Origin: Mobula hypostoma
Taxonomy: Eukaryota
Assembly (NCBI RefSeq): GCF_963921235.1
Contig: NC_086097.1
Coordinates: forward strand, 13,764,001 to 13,828,000
Length of the DNA: 64,000 bases
Direction of reading: 5' to 3'
The notes beneath the pieces were generated by a model, which saw nothing but the letters and a program-made list of their open reading frames with translations, was not told the DNA's origin and made no database searches. Every line of letters begins with the position of its first letter. The stretch's first letter is position 1. The position numbers were made by a program, and so were the translations under genes. Shown here one piece after another: positions 51,406-64,000 of the stretch.

Positions 51406-53039
51406 TTGGGTTTCTTGTTTTATGGCTAGCTGTAACCAGATGAGGGCTGTATAATTTATGCATACTTTGATAATGAATGTACTTTGAACTTTGAAATATG
51501 CTGCCAAGGTGCCTACATGTCATCCCTACACTGAAACTGTACCCATCATATCTACCCTGGTCTCCTAATGCTAGATATTTTATCACATTGTTCCATTCCC
51601 TCTTTGACAAGTGTCCCAACTTTTTCAGTCATTTGTTGGCTTGGTCTTGAGAGATGGAGCTCCCTAATGTATCATCAGTAGCTAAATTGACAAATCCTAT
51701 GCCCTATTAAAGTGACAGAGTGTGTGTTAAGGGATTAATGATACAGGGTTGTTTGAACAGAAGCAACTAGATTCCCTCTGAGTCCTTCTACCTGCCATTA
51801 GGAATTGTACACCAAGCTTTGCATGTCTGCGTTGGGAATCTAAAATGAGTTAGCGCCTGCAAGAAAAATAAGTAAAAAAAGAGTTTTGTTTTCCCTAGGT
51901 TGGGTATGTTATTACAGGGAACATTGCATTAACATGCTGGTTCAAACATTGCTATAATTGCTAACTATTTTAGCACCATGGGAATCTCATTCAACCTTAG
52001 ACATGTGGGGGCTGGAAATCAGACCAGGCAATATTAGTAATGAATGTGTTAATGCACCTGTATGAAATTCTTGTTTTTATATTTTGACAGAGTTGATAAC
52101 CCATTATAATGAATTAGGTTAGGGCCTTTGTTGAAATAGCGGCCTAAAGAAATACATCTGAACTCACAGACACGTTACTAATACTGGGCACAGTACCTTC
52201 AACCCTCTCATACTATTATCAATTTTTACAGTTGCTAGGTTCAGAGCATTGCAGTCAGCTCTTCTGAATAGCACATAGAATTTTCCAACAAAGGATTTTT
52301 CTTTAACAGGAATTAGTGTTATCAGTAATTCACCTTTCCATTGTTACCAGGAATTCTAACCTTGTTGGATTGATTTTCCGCAACTGTAGAAATTTAACTT
52401 CCAAATCAAAGGCTTGGTAAAGCAATGGTGCTCATAATGCAGTGTAGAGACCAACAACATCTCTTCTCCCCTGGTCTGTTTAGAGTTCAAGTTCAAAGTC
52501 AAGTTATTATCAAAGTACATATATATCACCATATATGTATTCATTTTCCTGTGTGCATTTGCAGTAAATACAAAGAAACACAATAGAATCAATGAAAAAC
52601 CACACACAAGGTGGACAAACTTTACTTTATACTTTATTGTCGCCAAACAATTGGTACTAGAATGTAAATCATCACAGCGGTACTTGATTCTGTGCTTCCC
52701 GCTCCCTGGATTACAAATATTAAATACTAAAATATTAAAAATAGTTAAAATTAGTAAATATTTAAAAATTTTAATTATAAATCATAAATAGAAAATAGAA
52801 AAATGGGAAGTAAGGTAGTGCAAAAAAACCAAGAGGCAGGTCCGGATATTTGGAGGGTACGGCCCAACCAGTGATGCAGGGGACAACAAACTGCTGCTGT
52901 AACACATGACCCAAGGATTATATCTTTGGTTGATGTCAACCAAACTAGAAACATGGCACTGCTTACTTTCCTGTCAGCTGAAGGAGAAAAAGAAACTGAA
53001 GGCCTTGTGTTTATATACTGCCTTCCACATCCTCAATCA

Positions 53040-53725
53040 CAGAGTACCTCCACTTTGTCCACTATGCCAGCCAGAATCTCCCAGTGGCCGGCCACTTCCC
53101 ACTCCCACACCAATCTCTCTGTCCATGCTCACTCTCATTGTCAAGTTGAGGTTAAATGCAAATTAGAGGAACGGTACCTGGGCAGTCTCCAACCTGGTGG
53201 CATGAATAGTGTATTTTCAAACTTCTGGTAATGGTTCCCTCTCTGTCCATCTCCTCTTTTCTCTCTCCTCCTAATCCACTTAGCCCCTGGCACCCTATCT
53301 CTTTCCACTCCTCTATTCTCTCTATCTGTGAATCACATACATATTCTCCCACTGATTCCCCTCTTCGTCTCCCTCTCTTTATGTCAAGCTCCATCTGCAT
53401 CTCCTATCAGATTCCATCATCTCCTGCCCTTCTCACTTCCACCTAACACTTAGCAACTTCTGACATAAACCCTACTCTACTCCCCTCTCTTATCTGTCTG
53501 TCAGCCCCCCCCAACCAAACTGGCTCCATTTATCACGTGCCAGCTCTTGCTCTATCCCTTCCCAACAACCTTATATACTGTATATTGGCTTTCTCCCCTA
53601 TATCTTTCCATTCCCTCTGAAGGACCTCAATTTGCAATGTTGACTGAACCTTTCCCTCCATAGATGCTGCTTGATCTGGTGCATTGCTCAGATACTTTGT
53701 GTATTGCTCTAGATTTCAAGCATCA
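53040..53725 (+). mobile_element. Penelope-like 3' part (GIY-YIG C-terminus, UTR, decayed hammerhead)
   Basis: CKLEERYLGSLQPGGMNSVFSNFW. Confidence 0.8.
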
Positions 53726-54124
53726 ATATCTTCCAAGAAGTTTGCAGCCAATTTTAAAGAATAGTTGGACTATGACAAGGAAATATGGTTCTGAATTTGT
53801 ACACAGCATTTTACAATGATCCAATAATTATCACGATTTTCAACTAGATTAATATAGAGGTGCAATTTTGAGGAACTTCTGCCTCCGAAGGAACAAAATG
53901 AAAACCCCACATCCCTTTACAGAACCAGCTCAAGACCCGACAGCCATCTTGGCACTGAAGCACAAAAGGGGGCCGTGCAAAGGACTTGAATTGCTATCAA
54001 GGTTTTGTTCGCAGTTATGTGCAGACTGAAGGACGTCTGATGAGAGGCACATCAAAACTTCGCCTGCAAGCAGCTATGTGGAACAGTGTTGTTTTAGGAT
54101 AAGTACTGGAATGTATTGCTCCTG

Positions 54125-55460
54125 AACCATTAGGTTCAGGAACAGTTATTACCCCTCGGCCATCAGGCTCCTGAACCAGTAGGGACAACTTCACTCGCTC
54201 CACCACAGAGATGTTCCTACAGCCTGTGAACTCACTTTCAAGGACTCTTCATCTCATGTTCTTGATGACTATTTCTCATTTATATATTATTATTACTTCT
54301 TTTCTTTTCGTTTTGTATTTGCACCATTTGTTGACATTTACACACTGGTTGTTTGTCTGTGCTGTTGGGTGTGCTCCTTCTTTGATTCTCTTTCTTGGAT
54401 TTATGGAGTATGCCAGCAAGAAGGTGAATCTCAAGGTTGTATCAGAATCAGGATTAATATCATCGGTATATGTTGTGAACTTTGTTGTTTTTAGCGCAGC
54501 AGTACGATGCAATAATAATAAAGGAAAAAGCTGTGAAGTTCATCTTTTTTTAATTTTATTATTTTTTTAAATGGTTAAATTAAGTAAGTGGTGCAAGAAT
54601 AATATTTAAAAAGTAGTGAGGTAGTGTTCATGGATTCAGAAATCCATTGGCAGAGGGAAAGAAGCTGTTCCTGAATTGTTGAGTGTATGTCTTCTGGCTC
54701 CTATGCCTCCTTCCTGATGGTAGCAATAAATAGAGGGCATGTCCCAGGGCTGATGGGAGTCCTTAATGATGGAGGTCACCCTTTTTGAGGCATCGATCCT
54801 TGAAGATGTTCTAGATACTATGAAGACTAGTGCCCATGATGGAGCTGACTGAGATTACAACTATCTGCAGCTTATTTCGATCTTGTGCAGCAGCACCCTT
54901 TACCCCGCCCCCAACCCACTAGACGGTGATGCAGTGAGTTAGAATACTCCACAGAATGTCTGTAGAGATTCGTGTGTGCATTTGGTTGCATATTAAATCT
55001 CCTCAAACTCCTAATGAAATGTAGCTGCTGCAATGCCTTCTTTGTAGTTGCCTCGATATATTGAGCCCAGGATAGATTCTTGTTGGCACCCACGAACTTG
55101 AAATTACTCACACTTTCTACTTCTGATCCCTCTATGAGGACTGGTGTGTGTTCAACATACATTCAAAATAAATTTATTTATTATCAAAGAATGTATAAAT
55201 TATACAAACTTGAGATTTGTTTACTTACAGGTAGCCACAAATCAAGAAACTTGAAAACCCAATTAAAGCATAAATAAATAAATAAATAAACAACACCCTT
55301 GTCTTATCCTTTCTGAAGTCCACAATTAGTTCTTTGATCTTACTTATGTTAAGTGCTGTGACACCACTGAATGAGCTGATATATCTCGCTCATGTATGCC
55401 CTCTCGTCACCATCTGAAATTCTGCCAATAGTAGTTGTGTCATCAGCAAATTTATAGGTA
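54125..55460. mobile_element. Two tail-to-tail Rex1/Babar-like fragments: + 54125-54440 and - 54440-55460
   Basis: ORF 54872..55162 HTPVLIEGSEVESVSNFKF...KKALQQLHFIRSLRRF. Confidence 0.8.
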
Positions 55461-55889
55461 GTGATATATGTACTTTGATAATAAATTTACCTTGAGAATA
55501 CTGTTCATTTTTTACCAAGAATCTAAAGTCCATCCACCAGCTCACTCCCTATACTGTAAACCAAGGAGAAAGATGAAAGAGGAGAAAGAATAATCTGTGT
55601 AATTTTTCCAAGCTGATGAAGAGTATCTTCTTCAAAATGAATCTTGCGTGCTCCTCTGAGCCCAATGTTTGAAACAAGTTAAAGAACAAGGCATTAGTTA
55701 TCTGAATTATCTCTAGATAGCTTAGGATCAATGTGTTTTTAATTATTATTATTACTCCCATGCAGGACGTGAACACACTGAGCAATGCCAGTGTTTGTGA
55801 TTGTCAACATGTTGAAGTGAAGAATGCATTACCGGTTAATGAATAGTATGATCTAAGTTTCCATGCTTGACCGTGGTGCAACACTCTGT

Positions 55890-57358
55890 TGTAGAAAATT
55901 AGTTGAGCCTCTGGCGATGATCTTTGCATCATCAATAGGGACAGGACAAGTACCAGAGGATTGGACGTTTGTAAATATTGTTTCTTTGTTCAAGAAAGGG
56001 AGTAGAGATAACCCAGGAAATGACAGAGTATTGAATCTTACTTCAGTGGTGGGCAAGTTGTTGGAGAAGACCCTGAGAAGCAGGATTTATTTGCATTTGG
56101 AGAGACATAATCTGATTAGGGATAGTCAGCATGGCTTTGTCAAGGGCAGGTCATGTCTTACGAGCCTGATTAAATTCCTCGAGGATGTAACAAAACACAT
56201 TGATGAAGGTAGAGCAGTGGATGTAGTGTATATGGATTTCAGTAAGGCATTTGATATGCTTCCCCATGTAAGGCTCATTCAGAAGGTAATGAGGCATGGG
56301 ATCCAAGGAGACCTTGCTTTGTGGATCTAGAATTGGCTTGCTTACAGAAGGCAAAGGGTGGTTGTAAATGGTTTGTATTCTGCATGGAGGATGGTGATCA
56401 GTGATGTTCCACAGAGATCTGTTCTAGAACTGCTCTTCTTTGTGACTTTTATAAATGACCTAGATGAGAAAGTAGAAAGGTGGGTTAGTAAGTTTGCTGA
56501 TGACCCAAAATTTGGAGATGTTGTGGATAGTGTGGAGGGTTGACAGAGGTTACAGCAGGACATCAATAGGATGCAGAACTGAGCTGAGAAGTGACAGATG
56601 GAGTTCAAACCAGATAAGTGTGAAGTGGTTCATTTTGATAGGTCAAGTTTGAAGACAGAATCTAATATTAAGGGTAAGACTCTTGACAGTGTGGGGGATC
56701 AGTGAGATCTTGGGGTCCATTTCCATTGGTTGACAGTGTTGTTAAGAAGGTATATAGTGGGATTTAGTTCAAAAGCAGTGAGGTAGTGTTAAAGCTATAT
56801 AAGACCTTAGTTAGACACCACTTGGAGTACTGTGTTCAGTTTTGGTCACCCACTACAGGAAGGATGTGGATGCTATAGAGAGAGTGCAGAGGAGATTTAC
56901 AAGGATGTTGCCTGAATTGGAGAGCATGCCTTATGAGAATAGGTTGAATGAACTTGACCTTTTCTCCTTGCAGCAACGGAGGATGAGAGATGACCTGATA
57001 GAGGTAGAAGATGATGAGAGGCATTGATCATGTGGATAGCCAGGGGCTCTTCTCTAGGGTTGAAATGGCTATCACAAGGGGACATAGTTTCAAAGTGCTT
57101 GGAAGTAGATATAAGGGAAATGTCAGAGGTAAGTTTTTCACAGACAGGGTGGTGGGTGCGTGGAATGCACTGCCAGTGATGGTGGTAGAAGTGGATGCTA
57201 TAGGGTCTTTTAAGAGACTCTTAGATAGGTACATGGTTCTTAGAAAAATAGAGGGCTATGTGGTAGGGCAATTCTAGGTAGTTTCTTGAGTAAGTTACAT
57301 GGCCAGCACAACATTGTGGGCTGAAGGGCCTGTAATGTGCTGTGCATAGATTTCTATG
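55890..57358 (+). mobile_element. CR1 (HER1-like) LINE, RT to 3' end, multiple stops
   Basis: ORFs 55863..56330 (QHGFVKGRSCLT, YMDFSKAFD), 56358.. (FADD), 57011.. (TRGH, WNALP). Confidence 0.95.
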
Positions 57359-58467
57359 AGATACTGGAAAGAACCTGAAAAGGCCTGAAATTTCTTCAGA
57401 TGTTTCTCAATGGCCCACAGGTACAGAAGGTACATTTCTTTGTACTGAAACATCAATGTATTGCATAGGGTAATTCCAAAACATGAGTTTAGTAACATTG
57501 AGGGAAGGGGAAAAGTACACTTGAATCACCCCGGTATAGTGACCTTACACAAATTCCTTCTGCACTATTGCTAAACGAAAGCGGCACATTAGTATTATGG
57601 AGTAAGAATTGGTGACTAATGCATGGTTTTGTCATATGTTCTGGCCTATTAATTAACTTGAACCTTCAAGTAATGGAATTATGTGCCATCAAGTAATTCT
57701 ATTCAAACACCAAACCTCTACTGGGGCCCAGATGATTCAGCAGTTAAATGTACCCATGGGACATGGATTTGAAACTAATCCAGTCTCTCTGTCAGTGGTA
57801 AGAATTTTAAATAATCTCATTTTGGACAATTTCAACCCAGATTATAATAAGGGCTGGTTGCAGATCTGTTCAGGTTCCGAATATTTTGCCTGTGATCAAG
57901 AACATTAAAAAAATTAAAATATAAAGAGCGTTTACAGGGCCAGAGTGTCTGAATGAGATTGGATTTTACACTTTGGAGCTTGCTGGGAATTAAAATTATA
58001 AACAGTTACATTGAGAAAGATTCTTCATTCTCCAACCTTGGCCTCCCTCTGATCATAACACCAAGTTCCATATGTCCCTCATAATTTATTTATCTTTGCT
58101 GAACTGCCTCATACATGTGCATGGGAGTGAAAAAAACATTGCAGATGCTGGAATTCTGAAACAAAATGCTGGAAACACTTGGCAGGTCAAGCAGCGTCTG
58201 TGGAAAAGGAAACAGGGCTAATGTTTCAAGTCAAAGAACTGTGAAAGGGAGAAAGCAAGTTAGTCTAGTTAGCATAGGGGGTGGAGGAGGGTAATAGATT
58301 GAACAAAGAGAATGCCTGTAATGGGGTGAAATGATGTATTACCATTGAATGGACAGTCAAACTCCTTTCTCTGTGTAACATTTTACCAATGCTGTCAAAT
58401 TAGGATGTCATTGGCTGACTGGGACTTGCCCAGCAGGCCATAATATCCAAATCAAAGAGAGGAATAT

Positions 58468-58865
58468 TTACTTACCGAAACCCATCACCCCTACAGGGGT
58501 GTAGACCACCAAGAGCGCCTCGCCAGAGTGCCTTGTCCTGAGCCGGTCTTTTAAGTTGTTCCCATGTGTAGCCCATTTCCTTCTCAGCAAAGATCCTTCC
58601 TCTCCCACATCCTCGGTGCATCTGTTGACATTTTTCTAGCTCTGGGATTTTTATGGGATGGGGTTGCTAGGCATTATGCCTAACCCTCCTCCTTTCAGGG
58701 CATGAAGAGATACGGGGAGAAGGTCGGGGATTGGGGACGAGAGGGAAAATGGATCAGCCGTGATGATATGGCATAGCAGACTCGATAGGCCAGATGTCCT
58801 AATTCTGCTCTTATATCTTCTGAACTTATAGACTTTCACAGGCGGGCTTTGGACCATTCATGGCA
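58468..58865 (-). mobile_element. RTE-like short element (related to 60998-61220) with a CR1 3' end (+) nested at about 58700-58832
   Basis: Shared cccatcac.ccta...ccagag...tttatgggatgggg...aaccctc..cctt. Confidence 0.55.
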
Positions 58866-59604
58866 GTGTTAAAGTGAGGAATAGCAATCAGATCAATGGC
58901 TGGTTCTGACACAAATGGAATGAAAAAGCTTCATCTTCAGGGAACATGATCTCTTGACATTTTTGTTGGAACGTTCATTGCAATTTCTCAGCTGAAACAT
59001 TAACTCTCTTTCTATCTCCATTGATGCCTCCCGACCTATTGAGTTTCTTCCAGCATTTTTGTTACTGCTGAGTACATGCCACACTCCTTAAGTGACAGGA
59101 GGCTACGCATAAAGCAAATTAATTTTTAAAAGTGATATTTTGTGCAACAAAGCTTCAAAGCTTCAGAACAATTATGCAAGGAACTCACACACAGGCTGAA
59201 CATCCCCTCACATGGAGCACGCTGTTTTCCAGCAGTTCATACTCTTGTTGCTGTCTTTTCGTCTCTAGCCTCTGGCAATTCTGCAAACTAGTGCAGCTGG
59301 GCTGGTGTTGTTAACATGAGCAAATTTAGGAACATTCCAAGGGTAAGTCACCGAGGATCAGAAATGGTGCGGCACAAACTCCAGAACTTGAGAAAATACT
59401 GGAGGATCTCACATGTCGGGGAAGTCAGTGAAGAGAAAACAGTAAATGCATCAGATTAGAAGTCTTGAGTTTGCACCTCACTGGTGCTCACCTTTTCCAA
59501 AATTTTCTATTTTTAATTCAGGTTTCCAACTTTTATAGTTTTTTCTTTGCTTTCAAAATAGGAAAAAGAGAGTAAGCCTAAGTGTCCCTCAAGCCTGCTA
59601 TTCC

Positions 59605-59795
59605 TCTCTGTGGAATTCACTGCTACAGATGGCTGTGGGGGCCAAGTCATGGGGTATACTTAAAGGAGAGGTTAATAAGTTCTTGATTAGTAAGCGTGTC
59701 AAAGGTTACCAGGAGAATGGGGTTGAGAAGGTTAATAAATCAGTGGAGCAGACTTGGTGTGCTGAATGGCCTAATTCTGCTCCCGTACTTATGGT
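59605..59795 (+). mobile_element. CR1 3' end
   Basis: tctgtggaattcactgc...gaatggcctaattctgctcc. Confidence 0.8.
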
Positions 59796-60564
59796 CTAAT
59801 ACTGCTACTGCTGTATATGTAACATTTCCAAAATGAACTGAACAGCCCTCTCTTAATATAGCAGACAACAAAATATACTTCGAAGTTCAGAATATATGTT
59901 ATCAAAGTTTGTATACTATATACAACTTCGAGATTAGTCTCCTCACAGGCAGCCTCAAAACAAAGACACCCAATAGCACCCATTAAAAAAACCCATCAAA
60001 CACCGAATGTACAAACCAAAAAAGGCAAATACAAACCAAAAAAGGCAAACATTAGAAAGCAAGCAAATAACATTCAGAATTGATGATCACGAAAGTGAGT
60101 CCACAGCCACGAAGCTAACTACAGCCGATCCAGGGGCCTGTTAGTTGCTGGCCACACCCCATTTCAGCGCAGAGACGAGTAACCTCGTGAGCAGCGAGCT
60201 GAACAGCGGGTATGGATCACATTGTCTGATTAGTAAGGACAACAAGGGACCAGCAACTGATTCAACTTTTCAGAGAAAGAACAAGAATGGTTAGCTTTGT
60301 TTGTACGTTGAAACATTGAAACAGACAGTGAGATTTGCTGTTTGCCTCAATGACTAACGCAATCTGAGGACGTGCAGGGGGCAGCCCACAAATATCGCTA
60401 TGCTTCCAGTACCAACATAGCATTTTAATAAATATGTTAATAGAGCATTAAAAGTCATTTATTGACATTACAACTTCTTTCACCCCGCACCACATTTGTT
60501 TGATAGCTTTTTAGCCTGCTTCTTCAATGTTATCATTTCCTTGAAGTGTCTCCTGGCCCAACAT

Positions 60565-60965
60565 CTTCCTTCCCTCCCCCTCCCTTCCCCTATCCCTATG
60601 TCACTCTGCCCCTCCCCCAGCTGCCTATCACCTCCCTCAAGGTTCCGCCTCTTTCTACTACCCATTGTGTTTTCCCCTATTCTTTCTTCACCTTTCCTGC
60701 CTATAACCTCCCTGCCTCCCCTCCCCCACCCCTTTACCTTTCCCCTTACTGGTTTTTCACCTGGAACCTACCAGCCTTCTCCTTCCCATCCTCCTCCCAC
60801 CTTCTTTATAGGGCCTCTGCCCCTTCCCTCTGCAGTCCTGACGAAGGGTTCCGGCCCGAACCATCGACTGATCTTTTCCACGGATGCTGCTCGACCTGCT
60901 GAGTTCCTCCAGTGTGTTGTGAGTGTTGCTTTGACCCCAGCATCTGCAGATTATTTTATGTTTAC
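60565..60965 (+). mobile_element. Penelope-derived element with hammerhead motif at 60833-60870; close relative of 31270-31630
   Basis: cagtc ctgacga a gggttccggccc gaacc atc gactg. Confidence 0.9.
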
Positions 60966-61644
60966 AACATCTTCATAACTGTTGGCTCCTCAATTTTTAC
61001 TTACTTGCTTAAGCCCATCACTCCTACCGGGTCATTGGCCATTGACAGTAGCTCACCAGAGCCCTCTGTACTGGGCCAGTTCTTCAATTTGTCCCCAGCT
61101 GTAGCATCTTCTTGGTGTATCTTTCCTCTCCCAGGGTTGAGGTCTCTGGAGCTTTTTGGTAGCACTGGGCTTTTATGGGATGGGGTCGTTAGCCCTATGC
61201 ACAACCCTCATCCTTTGGTAGAGTTGCCCCTTCAATACATCAATACATCATAGAACATGTAGAGCAAGGAATTTGGAAGGTAAATAGTCTATTGATTCTG
61301 CCCTGATGGTGACTGAGCATAAAGTTAGAAGCTGTTGGAAACACAACAAAGGTGAGATTTTCAGGCTTAAATTGGGTGAAGAAGTATATTACCTTATTCA
61401 TTTACTATCTTTGAAAAGCCAACACCTGTTGAGACAATGGGCTTGAATCTACAAAATTTTGTGTTATGGTGTATGATGCCTTTACAAGAAATTCTTTTGC
61501 CAACAGTTAAATGGAGCTAATGGTGAGAAACTGAGAGATGGAACAGAAGTGTTGCCTATGAACAATGACAGCTCAATCTCTGTGAGCGCCATAAACTGGA
61601 TGAACTATGCACAATGTATTTTGTAGAAAATTACAATGGCTTCC

Positions 61645-61963
61645 TGTGATGAGAGACGTAGTCGAGGATGGTTAGGATCAAAGTACTGGAGTATCCGAAA
61701 CTGGGATCAAGGCAAAATACAAGATTGAAATGAGGACAGGGTTCTAAACTAGACTCTAGATGAGAATAGAAAGTGGAGCTGAGATTGAGCACAACACCTC
61801 ACTTAAGGAGCTATTTACTTATTAAAATCCTGGCAGCGAAACATGGCCGCCAATTTGCGGGGTAGGCCTGAGAGTTCAAAGGAGCCATGCCAGCTATCCG
61901 TATTCTGGGGTGTCGGAGTGTCTAAACCCTGGAAAGTGGCATGGTCGGGTGTGTATCATAACA
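61645..61963. mobile_element. Solo LTR (319 bp)
   Basis: Termini tgtgatga / tcataaca (7/8 inverted); perfect 5-bp TSD cttcc at 61640-61644 and 61964-61968. Confidence 0.75.
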
Positions 61964-63689
61964 CTTCCGTTATAAATATAGGTTGTTTGGACCAACTGAT
62001 TTACATTGGTCTTAGTTTTAGCCTTCTTCATCTTACTCTATGAGAACATTCTTCCACTTCCTTCTCCCTCAGTTAGAAGTATTCATGGTGTTTCCTCTCA
62101 TCCTCTCTGGTGAGCTGGCCATCTCTGTTGTGGGGCATCCATCTAAAACATTTGCCCAGTTGTACTCTCTGCACTAGTCCAGCTTGCCTTTCTGAGCATG
62201 TCCCACACTCTGCCATCAGCAGAAAATTGCACAGAGAAGTGTAAATTAATCTCTTGTTACCTCTCTTTAACCTATTTGTTTCAATGCCCCATCCTCATGG
62301 AAGCCTATCACAGAATTCCCCTTTGTCATATCCATCTCTTCCACCATCTTCTCTGCAATTTAAAACCTTCTTTGTTATAGTACTGTGCAAAAGCGTTAGG
62401 CATGAATATTTAGATAGGGTGCCTAAGATCTGACCTGGCGCTTAAATTGGCTAAAAAGTGGCTTGTTCCTCATTCTCGGACCTGGTCCCTGCCCCCCGAG
62501 ACCCTCTCAGGCCCAGGACCCGCTGCCTCGATTCCAATCCCTATCCAATCCCACCCTGCGCTTAAATCTGTCAAACCTCAGCTTATTCCTCACTCATGGG
62601 TCCGGGTCCGGGCCCAGCCACTTCAAATACACTCCAGCAACCAGACATTGGCTCATTCCCTGCTCTCAGGCCTGGCCCCGCTGCCTTGATTTAGCCTGTA
62701 CACACCATGCCAAAACCATCCTTCACCTTTAAGACTTTGGTTCACACCGCAAAAATGTTAGGTTGTACAGGTGGTTCAACAGTCCAACTCCGAAAGAGAA
62801 ATTCCAGGCTATTTATTGCAATGATCGTTTTTGAGAAAAAAATGTGATTAATAGAGTAATTAGTAAAGGTAGATCTTCCCTCTGCCTTTTCCTTGGGTTT
62901 ACCCACAGTGGCAGCAGGACCCCCAATAATTATTAACACACCAGCTTTCAAACACGGATTCAAAGACTATTATTTGTACTGAGGGCTTAATTCCTGCTCA
63001 GAATACCTCAATTATATTAATTGCCCCTGATGATCCTAATGGAGGTTGAGTTTGGACAGCAAAAACCAACACAGAAAAATGCTCTGAGATTCATTTTAAA
63101 CTGCCAGGCATGGGTTGGGCATTTCACTCAGCAAGACTATGATGACAGACAGCAGAATACATAGCTTGACACCAAGGATAAAAAGTGTAATCATACTCTT
63201 CGAGTTTCAATAGGACTAGACCCATATTCCTTTTCAATTCCTTCAGGGCTAGTTGATTTTCAGACTGCACTCTCTTGTATAGATCCTCGATCATTCAAGA
63301 ATACTATCCATTAATCTGAAGTGGTTGTTTGCTCCCCGTGGGAATAGGTCATTGTCTCTTCTGTGGCCCCGTTTGTACAGGGTTGCTTCCAAATCTCTCT
63401 TCAAGAAATACCCTGAATTTTACTGACGGCTCTCCTGGTTGAGGTTGGGTCCTGTGCATTAGCTCACAGGAAGAGATGAATTTTAGTTTCATTCCTTAGG
63501 TTATTCATTCAGGGGTTCTGGCATCCCAAGATTTATTGCAGATTGCCAATTGCCCCTGAATGGAAAGTCAGCCATATTACTGTTGATCTGACATCATATA
63601 TAGATGAAAAAGGATGATAGACTCCCCTCTGCATTAGATAATAGTGAACAAAATGAGTCTTACATCAATGTATTTGTCTTAAACATGAG

Positions 63690-64000
63690 AAAGTCTCACC
63701 ACCCAGTACATACCTATTCCCATTGTTACTGTTAAGAAGATGGTACAGAAGCCGAAAGGCACACACTCAGCGATTCAGGGACAGCTTCTTCCCCTCTGCC
63801 ATCTGATTTCTAAATCGGCATTGAACCCATAAACACTACCTCACTACTTTATTTATTTCTGTTTTTGCACCATCTATTTTAACTTTATATAAAATACACA
63901 CACACACACACACACACATAAATATATATACTTACTGTAATTCATTTTTTCCCATATTTATCATATATTTCATTGTACTGCTGCTGCAAAGTTAACAAAT
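63690..64000 (+). mobile_element. Rex1/Babar-like 3' end with (CA)n
   Basis: cagcttcttcccctctgccatc...gaacccataaacactacctc. Confidence 0.75.

Noticed and set aside
60010..60049. 20-bp tandem duplication
   Set aside because: Ordinary slippage inside a LINE tail.
62378..62740. Tc1-like MITE end followed by GC-rich degenerate repeats
   Set aside because: Right TIR and TSD could not be established; likely TE debris.
1..64000. Host gene, CRISPR array or prokaryotic system
   Set aside because: No splice-bounded coding exon, repeat-spacer array or operon-like ORFs; all protein motifs are transposon-derived.

Overview
Non-coding, transposon-dense vertebrate DNA. The repeat set (HER1-like CR1 LINEs, HE1-like V-SINEs, Rex1/Babar-like LINEs, Penelope derivatives) points to an elasmobranch, probably a ray; this is an inference. 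I found no supportable host exon, RNA gene or CRISPR array, and every recognisable protein motif belongs to a transposon. Notable structure: (1) roughly 20 copies of a Penelope-derived element carry a minimal type I hammerhead-ribozyme motif, and several are fold-back hairpins that pivot at that motif; (2) a composite TIR element carries apparently captured, teleost-like exon1/intron1 sequence; (3) two solo LTRs are defined by TG..CA ends and perfect TSDs; (4) there is an internally deleted mini-LINE, a 112-bp inverted templated insertion, a perfect 33-bp palindrome and several repeat-free islands that may be enhancers. Boundaries were read by eye and are approximate unless a TSD/TIR is quoted. 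Family names come from motif recognition, not a database search.
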